Origin: Squalus acanthias
Taxonomy: Eukaryota
Reading direction: 5' to 3'
Length of the DNA: 64,000 nucleotides
Assembly (NCBI GenBank): GCA_030390025.1
Contig: CM059431.1
Span: forward strand, 128,094,001-128,158,000
The translations under genes were made by a program, and so were the position numbers. Each line of letters begins with the position of its first letter. Position 1 is the stretch's first letter. Shown here one piece after another: positions 12,078 through 25,250 of the stretch. The notes under the pieces were generated by a model. That model was given only the letters and a program-made list of their open reading frames with translations. It made no database searches and had not been told where the DNA came from.

Positions 12078-12482
12078 AAAGAAATAACTTGCATTTATCT
12101 AGCACTTTCTCATGTCTATCAGAAATGACCCCAAGCAATTAACATAGCCTGAACTACTTTGCAGTAAGTTACTGTTGTGTGAGTAAATCCAGCAGCCATT
12201 TGCACACAGCATGACCCCACATTCAGCAATGAGATGACAGATTAATCTATTTTTCATAGTAGTAAGAATGTTGGCCAGGACACTGTAAGAACTTCCTTCT
12301 CTGTTTAAATAGTGCCAAGGGATCTTTGATGTGCAACTAAGCTGCCTGTGCAGGTAGGCAAGGCCTCAGTTCAACTACTCATCTGAAAGAGTGCACCTCT
12401 GACAATGCCGCACTCCCTCCGTACTGCATTATAGTTACAGCATAGATTATATACTCAAGTCCTAGAGTGGGGTTTGAAGTCA
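12078..12482 (-). mobile_element. DeuSINE-family SINE (SacSINE1/AmnSINE1-like), old
   Basis: L2-type tail; Deu-domain-like GGGATCTTT...GGCCTCAGTT...CATCTGAAAGA..CACCTCTGACA...CACTCCCTC.GTACTGCA; B-box remnant GGGGTTTGAA. Confidence 0.7.
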
Positions 12483-13911
12483 CTTTTATCAATACTTGCA
12501 GATCAAAACAGGGCAAATTGAGAAATATAGAAGTAAAAGATATCAAATTGGAAATACAGAAGCAACTTTATCTTTCAATTATTTTGAGTGCAAAATCGCA
12601 AATCCAGGTTTATCCTCCATTTTTCTGACCACCTAATGTCAACATTATGGACAATTAGAAAAAATAATTAGGTGTAGAAGTGGATGAGCAAATATAGATT
12701 GAATCCAATAGGAATATTCATCTTGTGTACTTTGGTTTCAGATCCAAGTTTTAATAAAGGGAAAATAAAATGTTACTATTGACAGTAATTCTCGCAAAGA
12801 AAATTATTCTGCAGTATTGTAAGAGGAAGGCAATCTAAAGAATTTTAGCGCAGGTAGATAGGTGAAAAATGAATAAATATAAAAATATATGGATTGCAGT
12901 ATGAAGATATTGACTGGAAGATTCTTAGTAATCACGTTAAGATTCAAAGGCGCAAGTGATTCCAAAACTTTAGAGTTGGGCATTTTTCAGGTGTCCTTGG
13001 GGCACAGGATGTTGGCCTCTGCAATTGGGCCTCATTGTACCCATATTATACCCATAAAACGGGCATAACAAGGTCCAATTTCTACCCTTATCACTTATAA
13101 CTGTCCGGTGGAATGTATTAGATAATAAGAGATAATGGGGTAGAGATGCACCTTGGGCAGTAGCGCATGATGGGCGGTATCATTCGGCCGCCAGTGATAC
13201 ACTCCGCCCAATATTCAGTTACATTGAACCCAGAGTCCCTGTCCTTGACATCTCCACCACTGATTCCACCAAAGTTTGTGGCGTCAGTGGAAAGTTTCTT
13301 TGTTAACACGTGAATGGCTGACACCCACACCACACCGGCACATCTAGGATGTTGCCTTTCCCCAGAGATAATGTACTGCAGTGCAAGGTGCCGATTCAAG
13401 CGTAAGTGCTAGGCCTCCTCCAGAGAGGATAAAATGGTGCCCCTTTCTCTTCCTTTGTAAGCAGGCAGAAATATTAAATAAAAACATTTGCCTCCTCTTT
13501 GGAGGTCCAGGAATGGAACTGCAGATGGGCCATCACAACTGCCAATTGGCAACCTGTTAAGCCTGGCCTCCCCAGGTGAACAATCACTGATGATATGTTG
13601 GATTCCTGTGAGTCTTAGGCCGGAATTTTCCAGACCTGGGCAGGTCGGGTGCAGGCGGTCGCCGTGGCGGGTCGCAACCCTCTTCCTGATTCCATGCCGC
13701 TCCTCAGAGTGACTTTGCATTAATGGAGTCTAGTAAAGCCGCCCTGTGCATTACCCAGCCCAATTAAATGGTGCGGGTCTGATGACATCAGCGATGACTC
13801 GTTTGCAGCGGGGATATTTAAAGGAGCCATGGTCACATTGCATTTGAAGGTTCATCTAGGAGTGTGCAGGCAGCACACTGCACCATCGGACTGCTGGAAG
13901 GAGTGCCAGAC

Positions 13912-15811
13912 ATGACTGCGCTGAGACAGAGGGCTGCACCCAGGTTCTCTGATGACTCCCTCCATATGCTTGTGGAGGGAGTCAGAGCACGCAGGGAGGT
14001 CCTCTTCCCTTCAAATAGGCAGAAGAGACCTCTCCCAGGAGACCAAAAGAGCTTGGCTCCAAATAGCAGAGGAGGTTGTGGTCAGGAGGACCTGGGTGCA
14101 GTGCCGGAAACATTTCAATGATCTCATTAGATCAGGAAAGGTGAGTACAAAGCCACACTCAACTTCATCTTGCTGTGCCTCTCATCACATCCCCATCACT
14201 CTGCCTTCCCAACCCTACTCCTGCACATCCTTATTCACACCAACATACCTTGCACGTCCACCCATCCCTCTCTCTCTATCTACATTATCACTCCCCATCT
14301 AATTAGCCACCCCTCACACTCACCCTCATCCTAAAGTAATCATACCAACTAACCACACACAAGGAGGCCACTTGGCATTGCCACCCCACTCCATCATAGT
14401 CTCCCTTTAAAGATGTAACCCATCCATTCCTTGCACTCATTCCATCACTCTCACTCAACCTTCTCTTCTTTCCCTCAGGAAAAGAGAGCCCACAATAAGA
14501 GGGAGAGGGAGAAAACTGGAGGTGGAACGCCATCATTGGCGACCCTTACAACAGCAGAGGAGGCTGCCTTGGAAGTTTCTGGAGTCGTCGAGCAGCTGGA
14601 GGTGGGAAACGGAGAGAGGGGGACCTCTCAGCAACCTGGTGACAGAATTACATATCATACGCATATGCATATGCATGACATACAGCAGTCACTCAACTGG
14701 GGTGATGTCAGCGGCCACTGAATAGTTATCATGTGCATAATGGTATCTGTACCCATTCTTCATATGATATATCTAACTCATCTCTTTACTCTCCCATAGG
14801 TCCATCAAGAGCCCCCCCACACACCATCCAGGAGGAAGAGGAAGACGATTTCTCAGAGGAGCCTTCAACCTCTGAGGACACAACGTCACCAGACATGAGC
14901 ACACCCAGCACCAGCACAGATACACACACCTCGGTGGGTCCAACGCGAGATGGAGTAGTGTTGTCACCTGGTATCTCACAACTCACAAGTGAGCAAGAGC
15001 AGATGGTGTTGACAGGGACAGCAGTGGAGACTCCTCGCTGGAGGGCGCAGGACACTCCTAGCTCTGCTCAGCTGCATGCAGATGCTGAGCCTCGGGGGCC
15101 ATCAAGAAAGAGGGCGATCCTGGAGCTGCAGCAAGAAGTGCAGGAGGCTTTGACAGGTTTTGCGACCACAATGTCTGCAAATGTCCAGAGAATGGAGGAG
15201 TCCATCTCCAACATGAGCACCACCGTGTCACAGGCAATGGCGACTGTAGGCTCTTCCATGGATAGGATGGCCACCTGCATGGAGCAGCTATGCGCCACTC
15301 ACAGGAGCACATGGTCTCTATGGAGAATAGATGGCTATCTATGGAGAATAGCTGGCTATCTATGGAGAACAGATGGCAGAGACTCATAGACCTCCTCTCT
15401 AGGAGGGATGTCAACGTAGACTTGGGCCCTCATGGCCCCACTGATGGGCAGCAATGTGCTCTCCAGCTCCTTGCTAGCAGGGAAGTGCGGGTGGCCCATG
15501 AGAGGGATGATGGTGAGAGAGGACATGGAAGTGGGGGCTGCTCTCAATGCGCTCAAACTTCTCTCCCCGTTGCTACCCCCTCAGTCAGAGCCCCAGATGC
15601 CTCCTCGGATTGTGATGGCCGATTCTACCCTGCACAGTCACAGGAGGGGCAGACTTTGGTGCCATCAGAGGCTCTGAAACCCAGAGGACGTCCGCCAAAA
15701 GCATCTAAGCCGTCACAGTAGCGAAGTGAGCAGGCTGCCTTTACCTCTGCTGAAGCCACAGGGGTTGCATCTCGTAGAAGCATGTGTAAGAGAAAGATGA
15801 AACACAAGTAG
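13912..15811 (+). pseudogene. Harbinger Myb/SANT-like DNA-binding protein, 3 exons, frameshifted
   Basis: RAAPRFSDDSL..RTWVQCRKHFNDL; exons ~13912-14140, 14479-14638, ~14800-15811 with GT/AG borders; frameshifts near 14030 and 15290; a late stop. Confidence 0.8.
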
Positions 15812-16109
15812 ATTCATAAGGGTTAGCACTTGGGTGTTTTGTTAAATGATTGTGTAAAGTTTCCGTTACTGTAATGTCACACATAACAATCTTTCTTTTC
15901 ACCACTTTCCGGTCATGGACAAATTTGTGTGCATCTTTGGAAGTGGCTTAGTGAGTTGGAGTGAATGCTGAGACATAACGTTACCGCCAGCAATGGTGGT
16001 CAGTGTGAAAGGAATGGCTTGGTCATTGTAGGGATGCTTTATGGTGTTGCTGTGAGGTGGTGCTAACCTGGCGCAGCATGTGGCAGCCATATGGGTGTAA
16101 TGCATTAAC

Positions 16110-17165
16110 TTAAGTAAATCTGGCCATGATGAGCCCATCCTTGGCCTCCCGGGCAGCAATGTGCTCGGGTGCTGGTGGAATCGGGACCGCAGGTTCCTCC
16201 AGCTCATCCTCCTCCTCCTCCTCTGAAGAGGCTGTGCGCTCACAACCTTGCTCCTCATGCAGCGCTAATCCTCATTGCTGTGCTATGTTGTGCAGGGTGC
16301 AGCAGACCACATCGATTCTGAAGACCCTGGCTGGTCTGTACTGAAGGGCACCGCCAGATCTGTCAAGGCATCTGAAGCGCATTTTCAGCATGCCTATTGT
16401 CTGCTCTATGACATATCTGGTGGAAATGTGGCTTTCATTATATCTCTCCTGGGCCTCAGTACTTGGCCTCCTCAAGGGTGTCATGAGCCACATCTTCAGT
16501 GAGATAGCCCTTGTCTCCAAGCAGTCAGCTGGAAAATCTGTTTGGAGGAGCGAAGAGCGGAGGGAGGGCGGACTGGCGCAGCACAAAAGAGTCATGGTAG
16601 CTGCCAGGGAATTTTGCACATACATGCATGATGATCTTCCTATGGTTGCAGTCTAGCTGCACATTGAGGGAGTGGAAGTCCTTGTGGTTGACAAACACTC
16701 CTGGGTGATGATGGAGTGCCCTGATGGCCACATGTGTGCAGTCGATGACGCCCTGCACCCGTGGGAAGCCAGCCAGACCAGCAAAGCCGAGCGCCCACTC
16801 CGAAATACTGGCTTCATCAGTGGAAAAGTTGATATAGTTGGCTGACTTGTCAAAGTGGGCATCGGTGACCAGTGTGATGCATTTGTGGGTGGCCGACTGC
16901 GAGATGCCACAAATGTCTGCTGCAGATCCCTGGAAGGAGTCTGAGGCGAAGAAGTTGAGAGTGCTGGTGACTTTGACAGCCACTGGTAAGGCGTGTCCTC
17001 CCGTTCCTCTGGGCTGCAGATGTTGCTTGAGCAATGTGCAAATGTCTGCGACAACCTGGCGCAATAGCCTGAGCTACCTTTGGCACTGCTGCTCCGTCAT
17101 GTTGAGGAAGCTCATCCTCTGCCTGTATACCCTGTTGCAGAGATGCCGGTGTTGGACTGGGGTGG
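16110..17165 (-). pseudogene. Harbinger DDE transposase (HARBI1-like), 5'-truncated and frameshifted
   Basis: [38 protein letters not shown] motifs. Confidence 0.9.
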
Positions 17166-18320
17166 ACAAAAGTGAGAAGTCGCACAACACCAGGTTATAG
17201 TCCAACAGTTTTATTTGAAATCACAAGCTTTCGGAGCTGCTGCCCCTTCGTCAGGTGAAGTGAAGAATACGAATCGGCAAAGCATATATAGACAGAGAAC
17301 AATGCCTGTGTAGCATACAATCTCAGACGACTACAGTTAATCTATCTGACTGCCTTTCATCACACCTCGGCAGAGAAACAATCAGCTCAGCCAGGAAGGC
17401 ACCACATCAAAGACATAGCAAGATACAACTGAGACAATGAGGTGGGGTCACAGGGGGTCTAATGTGTCAAATGCAGTCTGTATGGAAAACCATAAACTTT
17501 AAAATGTTTACTTTTTTTTACTGGAAATCACATCTGTGAACAAGCCAACGACGACTCGAGTCTGGATGACTCTATGTCGTGTAGCATGACATGAACCCAA
17601 GATCTCGGTTGAGGCCGTCCTCATGGGTGCAGAACTTGGCTATCAGTTTCTGCTCGATGATTTTGCGTTGTCGTGTGTCTCGAAGGCCACCTTGGAGAAT
17701 GCTTACCCGCAGATCCGAGGCTGAATGTCCTTGACTGCTGAAGAGTTCCCCGACTGGGAGGTAACAATCCTGCCTGGCGATTGTTGCGCGGTGTCTGTTC
17801 ATACGTTGTCTCAGTGTTTGCATGGTCTCGCCGATGTACCATGCTCCGGTGCATCCTTTCCTGCAACGTATGAGGTAGACAACGTTGGCCGAGTCACATG
17901 AGTATGTACCATGTACCTGGTGGGTAGTGTCCTCACGTGTGATGATGCTATCTGTGTTGATGATCTGGTATGTCTTGCAGAGGTTGCCGTGGCAGGGTTG
18001 TGTGGTGTCGTGGTCACTGTTATCCTGAAAGCTGGGTAATTTGCTGCGAACGATGGTACTTTTGAGGTTAGGCGGCTGTTTGAAGGCGAGTAGTGGAGGC
18101 GTGGGGATGGCCTTAGCGAGGTGTTCGTCGTCATCGATGACATGTTGAAGGCTGCGAAGAACATGGCGTAGTTTCTCCGCTCCGGGGAAGTACTGGACGA
18201 CGTAGGGTACCCTGTTGGTTGTGTCCCGTGTTCGCCTTCTGAGGACGTCTATGCGATTTTTCTCTGTGGCCCGTCGGAACTGTCGATCGATGAGTCGAGT
18301 GTCATATCCCGTTCTTACGT
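17166..18320 (-). mobile_element. Penelope-like element 3' part, second family (GIY-YIG)
   Basis: ANVVYLIRCRKGCTGAWYIGETMQTLRQRMNRH...GLNRD; pLTR at ~17166-17262. Right bound approximate. Confidence 0.88.
17221..17258 (-). ncRNA. Minimal type I hammerhead ribozyme
   Basis: Minus strand TCAC-CTGACGA-A-GGGGC-AGCA-GCTCC-GAAA-GC-TT-GTGA; stems I and II pair; palindromic AAGCTT. Confidence 0.78.
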
Positions 18321-19753
18321 TCTTAATTTACATATAGATTGGGCTAACCAAATTAGTAAAAATACTGTGGAGGAAGAATTCCTAGAATGTTTACGGGATG
18401 GTTTTCTGGAACAATATGTCGAGGAACCAACCAGAGATCAGGCCATCTTAGACTGGGTATTATGTAACGAGAAAGCATTAATTAACAATCTTGTTGTATG
18501 AGGCCCCTTGGGTCAGAGTGATCATAATATGATAGAATTCTTCATTAGGATGGAGAGTGAAGTAGTTGAATCAGAGACTAGGGTCCTGAATTTAAATAAA
18601 GGAAACTACAATGGTATGAGGCACAAATTGGGTAGGATTGATTGGGGTATGTCACTCAAAGGGTTGACGGTGGATAGGCAATGGCAAACATTCAAAGATT
18701 GCATGGATGAACTACAGAATTTGTTCTTCCCAGTGTGGCATAAGAATAAAACAAAAAGGGTGACTCAACCGTTTCTAACAAGGGAAATTAGGGATAGCAT
18801 AAGATCCAAGGAGAGGGCATATAAATTGACCAGGAAAAGCTGTAACCCTGAGGATTGGGAGCAGTTTAGGATTCAACAACGGAGGACAAAGGGATTAATT
18901 AAGAAGGGGGAAATAGAATATGGAAGTAAGCTTGCATGGAACATAAAAACTGACTGTAAGAGTTTTTATAGATATGTGAAGAGAAAAAGATTAGTGAAAT
19001 CAAGTGTAGGTCCCTTGCAGTCAGAAGCGGGGGAAGTTATAATGGGGAACAAAGAAATGGCAGACCAATTAAATGCATATTTTGGTTCTGTCTTCACAAA
19101 GGAGGACACAAATAACCTCCCAGAGATGTTGGAGAACATATGGTCTGATGAAAGGGAGGAACTGAGAGAAATCAGTATTTGCAGGGAAATGGTGTTAGGG
19201 AAATTGACGGGATTGAAGGCCGATAAATTCCCAGGGCCTGATAATCTACATCCTAGGGTACTTAAGGAAGTGGCCCTAGAAATAGTAGATGCATTGCTGA
19301 TCATCTTCCAACATTCGATGGAATCTGGAACTGTACCCATGGATTGGAGGGTAGCTAATGTTACCCCACTATTCAAAAAGGGTGGTAGAGAGAAAGCAGG
19401 GAATTACGGTAAGCCTGACATCGGTAGTGGGGAAAAATGCTAGAGTCCATTATAAAGGATGTAATAACTCAGCACTTGAAAAACAGTGACAGGATCGGAC
19501 AAAGTCAACATGGATTTACAAAAGGTAAATCGTGCTTGACTAATCTACTGGAATTTTTTGAGGATGTAACTGGGAAAATAGATAAGGGAGAACCAGTAGA
19601 TGTGGTGTATTTGGACTTTCAAAAGGCTTTCGATAAGGTCCCGCATAAGAGATTAGCGTGTAAAGTTAAGGCACATGGGATTGGGGGCAAGGTATTGACC
19701 TGGATAGAGAACTGGTTGGCGGACAGAAAGCAAAGAGTAGGAATTAATGGGTC

Positions 19754-20174
19754 GATAGCAAAATACTGCGGATGCTGGAAATCCGAAATAACAACAGAAA
19801 AAGCTGGAAAAACTCAGCAGGCCAGGCAGCATCCGTGGAGAGAGAAAGAGAGTTAACGTTTCAGGTCGATGGCAGCTGGCAGCTGTCCTTCATTCTGCCA
19901 GTAGATTTCACACTTCATTCAGCCTTAATCTGTCACATTAACACCACCTCTAGCCTTGCATATCTCTTAATGTCTCTTAATGTCTCTTCATCTCCCCCTT
20001 TGTTCCTTTATCCCCTCCCCCTTTTCCCAGCTTTACCCTGGCCTTAAATCTATTTGATTTCCGGCTCTTCCCAGTTCTGATGAAAGGTCATCGACCTGAA
20101 ACGTTAACTCTCTTTCTCTCTCCACGGATGCTGCCTGGCCTGCTGAGTTTTTCCAGCGTTTTCTGTTGTTATTT
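19754..20174. mobile_element. Penelope-like inverted pLTR insertion
   Basis: TSD AGGAATTAATGGGTC (19739-19753, 20175-20189); ~19780-19870 is the reverse complement of ~20089-20174; same family as 7582. Confidence 0.9.
20073..20109 (+). ncRNA. Minimal type I hammerhead ribozyme
   Basis: AGTT-CTGATGA-A-AGGTC-ATC-GACCT-GAAA-CG-TT-AACT. Confidence 0.8.
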
Positions 20175-21843
20175 AGGAATTAATGGGTCTTTTTTCCGAG
20201 TGGCAAGCAGTGACTAGTGGGGTACCGTAGGGATTGGTCCTTGGACCCCAGCTATTCACAATATACATTAATGATCTAGATAAGGGAGCTAAATGTAATA
20301 TCTCCAAGTTTGCAGATGACACAAAGCTGGGTAGGAGTGTGTGCTGCGAGGTGGATACCGAGAAACTCCAGGATGATTTGGACAGGTTGGGTGAGTGGGC
20401 AGAAGCGTGGCAGATGCAATATAACGTGGATAAATGCGACGTTATCCACTTTGGTGTCAAAAACAGAAAGGCAGACTATTATCTGAATGGCAATAGATTG
20501 GGAGAAGGGGAAGTGCAACGAGACCTGGGTATCCTTGTGCACCAGTCGCTGAAGGTAAGCATGCAGGTGCAGCAGGCGGTGAAGAAGGCAAATGGTATGT
20601 TGGCCTTCATAGTGAAAGGGTTTGAGTATAGGAACAGGGATGTCCTGCTGCAGTTGTACAGGGCCTTGGTGAGACCACACCTTGAGTATTGTGTGCAGTT
20701 TTGGTCGCCTTATCTGAGGAAGGATGTTCTTGCCATGGAGGGAGTAGAGCGAAGATTCACAAGGCTGATACCTTGGATGGCAGGAATGATATATGAGGAG
20801 AGATTGGGTCGATTGGGCTTATACTCGCTGGAGTATAGAAGAATGAGAGGGGATCTCATCGAAACATATAAAATTCTGACAGGTCTGGACAAACTAGATG
20901 CAGGAAGAATGTTCCCGATGGTCGGAGAGTCCAGAACCAGGGGTCATAATCTAAGGATAAGGGGTTAGCCATTTAGGACAGAAATGAGGAAGAATTTCTT
21001 CACCCAGAGAGTGGTGAACCTGTGGAATTCTCTACCTCAGAAGGTAGTTGAGGCCAAGTCATTAAATATATTCAAGAATGAGTTAGATATATTTCTTAAA
21101 GCTAAAGGTATCAAGGGATATGGGGAGAAGGCAGGTACAGGGTACTGAGTTTGGATGATCTGCCATGATCTCATCGAATGGCGAAGCAGGCTCGAGGGGC
21201 CGAATGGCCTACTCCTGCTCCTATCTTCTATGTTTCTATGTTAAGAGCTCTCAGCGGGGAGCCATATCCCACCAGGGTGTTCAGGGAGCAACAGTCTGCG
21301 CTTCACCTAGGAAGTCCTCACTGAAATCTGCCACCTGCTGCAGCCACACCTGCAACCTCAGAGCAGGCGAGGACTGCTTTGCCAGTGGCTGCGAAGGTGA
21401 CCGTGGTGATGAACTTTTATGCGTCGGGCTCCTTCCAGGCTGGAGCAGGAGATATTTGCAACATCTCCCAGTTTGCCGTGCACTGTTGCATAAGGGAGGT
21501 AACTGAGGCTCTGTATTCCAAGAGAGCTGAATGCCTTTCATCCTCTCATGCCAGATAGCAGCAGGCGGAGTTAGTACGCGGCTTCGCGAGGTTTGTAAGT
21601 TTCCCCTTGGTACGGGTGCTATTGACTGCAGGCATGTCGCTTTGCGGGTGCCGCATCTGAACTCTGAGATGTACCGCAACTGAAAAGGATTCCACTCACT
21701 CAATGTCCAGCTGGTGTGCGGCCATACTCAGCGAATCATGCAGGTCAATGCCTGATATCCTGGCAGTAGTCATGATGCCTTCATTCTGGTCCATTGGCAA
21801 ATAAGCCACCCTAACAAACCAGAGGGTGCTACTGGGAGAAAAT

Positions 21844-23109
21844 GGGGGAGAAATTCGGTATTGCCCCGTTTGGGACGCAATTATCGGCCGGGCGCAAAGT
21901 TTAGCACCTGTCGCTAATTATCGCCTCCGACTGCAAACTTGGCTTCTATCGCCCTTGGAGGTGATTGGAGCGCTAAATCAGGCGCTACACACCTCTCTTA
22001 AGGTGCTAACGATGGCATAGTGGTTAGCACTGGTGCCTCACAGCGCCAGGGACCCGGGTTCGAATCTGACCTCGGGTGACTGTCTGTGTGGAGTTTGCAC
22101 ATTCTCCCCGTGTCTGCGTGGGTTTCCTCCGGGTGCTCCGGTTTCCTCCCACAGTCCAAAAATGTGCAGGTTAGGTTGATTTGGCTATGATAAATTGACC
22201 CTTAGTGTTAGGGGGGGATTAAATATGTGGGGTTATGGGGATAGGATGGAATATGTTAGGGGGAATTAAATACGTGGGGTTACGGGGGTAGGGTGGGATA
22301 TGTGTACTGTGGGGATTAAAGCAGGGACAGGGTACTGGATTTGGATGATCAGCCATGATCGTATTGAATGGTGGAGCAGGCTCGACGGGCCGAATGGCCT
22401 ACTCCTGCTCCTAGATTCTATGTTTCTATGTTTCTAACGCTGAGGAGCGAGGCGCTACCTCAGAGCGCTGGCAAAGCTCATGTGATGTCAGTCAGCAATA
22501 GAACACAGACACACTGGCGCCGGCCAGTTCTTAAAGGTGTCGATCTTGCTCTCCATTCAAACCCTGCTCATTGCAGCCTTGAATCTCGGCCTGGAGAGAC
22601 CTGTACATCAAATCTGCTGGAAAGAACAATGGACAGACCCAGGGAAAGAGCTCAGAGTGCAGCCCCCCAAGTCTCTTCTAAATCGATGCAAGGAAGTTCA
22701 AATCAAAATGAACCTGCAAAGTGCTGCTCAGTACCCAAAACTCCTACACACAGCGTTGAATCTCTCCAGAAGTCTCTTTCTCTCACAATGTGTGGTGCAA
22801 AAATGTCGCCGACAAAAAAAGGCCTTTAAATAGCGCTCCCCCAGTCCCTTCTCGACTGCAAAACGCTCCCCTCAACCTATCGTTGCTAGCGGCAGGCGGT
22901 AAGGCAGGGGGCGCCACTCAATATCTGGTCCGGGGTGTTGCACGCTCGACTGATGTCACGATCTGCGGGCGCAGGAGATCGTGGCGGTCGTGTTTAGCGC
23001 TGCCGCACAATGTCTGGTCAATTTCGCGAGCGACGCAAACATCACCGCGCCCGGGCGCTAGTTGCTTTGGGCACTAACGGGAGGCGCAAAGCAACCGAAT
23101 TTTTCCCCC
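21844..23109. mobile_element. Internally deleted non-autonomous Harbinger, related to 41358-45561
   Basis: TIRs GGGGGAGAAATTCGG / CCGAATTTTTCCCCC; flanks AAT/AAG; shares long terminal tracts with 41358-45561; splits the host transposase GDKG motif. Confidence 0.85.
22012..22433 (+). mobile_element. HE1-like V-SINE (tRNA head, V domain, CR1 tail)
   Basis: TGGCATAGTGG and GGTTCGAATC pol III boxes; GTGTGGAGTTTGCACATTCTCCCCGTGTCTGCGTGGGTTTCCTCCGGG V domain; (CTATGTTT)n tail; TSD CTAACG. Confidence 0.9.
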
Positions 23110-24636
23110 AAGGGCTTTCCATTAACAACATGGCTCTTGATTCCGGGCATTTCATACAACGAAAGCCATGCTGCTACATGAAACATCATCGAGTACGTCA
23201 TTGGCGTAGTGAAGCAACGCTTCTGCTGCCTGGAACAGTCTAGAGGTGCCCTGCAGTACTCGGCAGAGTGGGAGTCGAGATTTGTGGTGATCTGCTGTAT
23301 GCAGCACAACCTCACCATCATGAGTCCCTTGCCACTAGCCATACAGCAACAGCAGGAGGAAGAAGGAAAGAGGAAGACAGGAGGGAGACTGGAGGAGACA
23401 ACCCAGACAGCCCTTTCCTGCCCGGGCTGTCCATGAGCGACTCATCCGGCTGCGATACCAATAAACTTAACTCCAATTCCACATTCACCATCAGTCCCAC
23501 ACCTTACCTTCCCTCTGTCACTGACCATCACAGCGTCCACTTGGCCACAATGCAAAAATAAAAGCCAACACAAATTAAACATTCCAAACCAAATTTATAA
23601 ATGAAATCATGCTATATTGCATACAAACATAAACTGATCACCCTTGTGCATTCCCTTCGTGCCTGTCTTCTGTGTGCCTTTGCCTGTCCTAGTGCCCTTA
23701 CGCAGTGCTACCCCAGTGGTTACAGCATGGCTGGTGGAAGGCTGCTGACTTTCAGTGAGGGAGACTGCAGATGGTTGGAGGATGATCTCGAGCAGCTCTG
23801 GGCCTAGAAGGCCCATCTTTGGACTGCACCATCTCAGCAGACTGGTCTGGCTGGTTGACAGGCAACAGCAAGGGCACTGGCAGAGTGGCAGGGATGGGAG
23901 CACAAATGCTGTCAGCCTGAGAGAGGACAGCAAGTTTGGGCTCCATGGAGCCACTGCCACTCCCCTGGGGCAGCGCCTCATCAATCCTAGCAATCTGTTG
24001 GAGGACAGTCTGTTGGATTGCTGTGATGCCCTGCAAGCCCCTTTGAATACTGGTAGGCGCAGCCGCGATGGCAGCAGACAGAGCTTGCGTGGCAGCAAGT
24101 GACAGAAGTCTGAGCTTCCATTGCAGCACTCAGACGATGGGTGACTTCTGCGTGTGCTGCAATGGAAGCTGAGACATCAGCCATCAGACGCTGCATTCTG
24201 GTTGGGTCTGCAAGTGTGCTGATGATCTTGGCTATCACTTCCATGCTGGAATGGATGGGCTCCAAGCTCTGTGCAAAGCCCTGTGCCAAGTTGGTGACTG
24301 ACTCCTCTATGCTCCTTGACATTGCATGTAGGCTTTCTGGTAGGCCTGCCAATATGCAAAGCATTTAATTGTGCATACCCATCAGCCTTCTTCTGTAGAC
24401 CGCCTCATCAATGTGTTCATCTGAGTCCTCTGCAGTAGAATTTGTGTGCGACCTCGCCCTCCGGGGAGCTGACACCTGCACTAACCTTTCCTCTGCCCTA
24501 GCTCCAGGCCACTCATACCCGGTGTCTCAACACGTGCAGATCCCGGTACTAAGCTGTCCTCTAAAGTACGCAGTGTGACAGTATCAGAGCTGATGGCTGT
24601 AAGTGTGAAATCGAGTGACAGTGCTGTGTCCGAAAA

Positions 24637-25250
24637 CACACAGTCTGTTTCCACATGTACGCTGACGACACCCAGCTCTACCTCACCACCACTTCTCTCG
24701 ACCCCTCCACGGTCTATAAATTGTCAGACTGCTTGTCCAACATCCAGTTCTGGATGAGCAGAAATGTTCTTGGGAAGACTGAAGCCGTTGTTTTTGATCC
24801 CTGCCACAAACTCCGTTCACTAGTCACTGACTCCATCCCTGTCCCTAACATCTGTCTGAGGCTGAACCACACTGTTCGCAACCTTGATGTCATATTTGAC
24901 CCTGAAATGAGCTTCCGACCACATATCCACGGCATAACTAAGACCGCCTATTTCCATCTCTGTAACGTCGCCTGTCTCCACCCTTGCCTCAGCTCATCTG
25001 CTGCTGAAACCCTCATCCATACCTTTGTTACCTCTAGACTTGACTATTCCAATACACTCCTGGCTGGCCTCCCACATTCTACCCTACGTAAATTTGAGGT
25101 GATCCAAAACTCTGCTGTCCGTTTCCTAACTCGCAACAAGTCCCGTTCACCCATCTCCCCTGTGCTCGCTGACCTACATTGACTCCCGGTTAAGCAACGC
25201 CTCGATTTCAAAATTCTCATCCTTGTTTTCAATTGTCTCCATAGCCTACT
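24637..25250 (+). mobile_element. L2 LINE reverse transcriptase fragment
   Basis: HMYADDTQLY, SRLDYSN.LLAGLP motifs (ORF 24655-25182). Confidence 0.9.

Larger units (their letters stand above)
13618..17165. mobile_element. Harbinger transposon, right end lost
   Basis: TIR GGCCGGAATTTT after TTA; Myb gene on + and convergent transposase on -; cut at the Penelope insertion. Confidence 0.88.
18335..21240 (+). mobile_element. CR1 LINE, ORF2 from late endonuclease to 3' tail, interrupted
   Basis: SDHN, QHGF, KFADDTKL motifs in ORFs 18508, 19437, 20234; (CTATGTTT)n tail. Confidence 0.95.

Noticed and set aside
22012..22080. tRNA gene
   Set aside because: Pol III boxes run into a V domain and CR1 tail with a TSD, so it is a SINE head.
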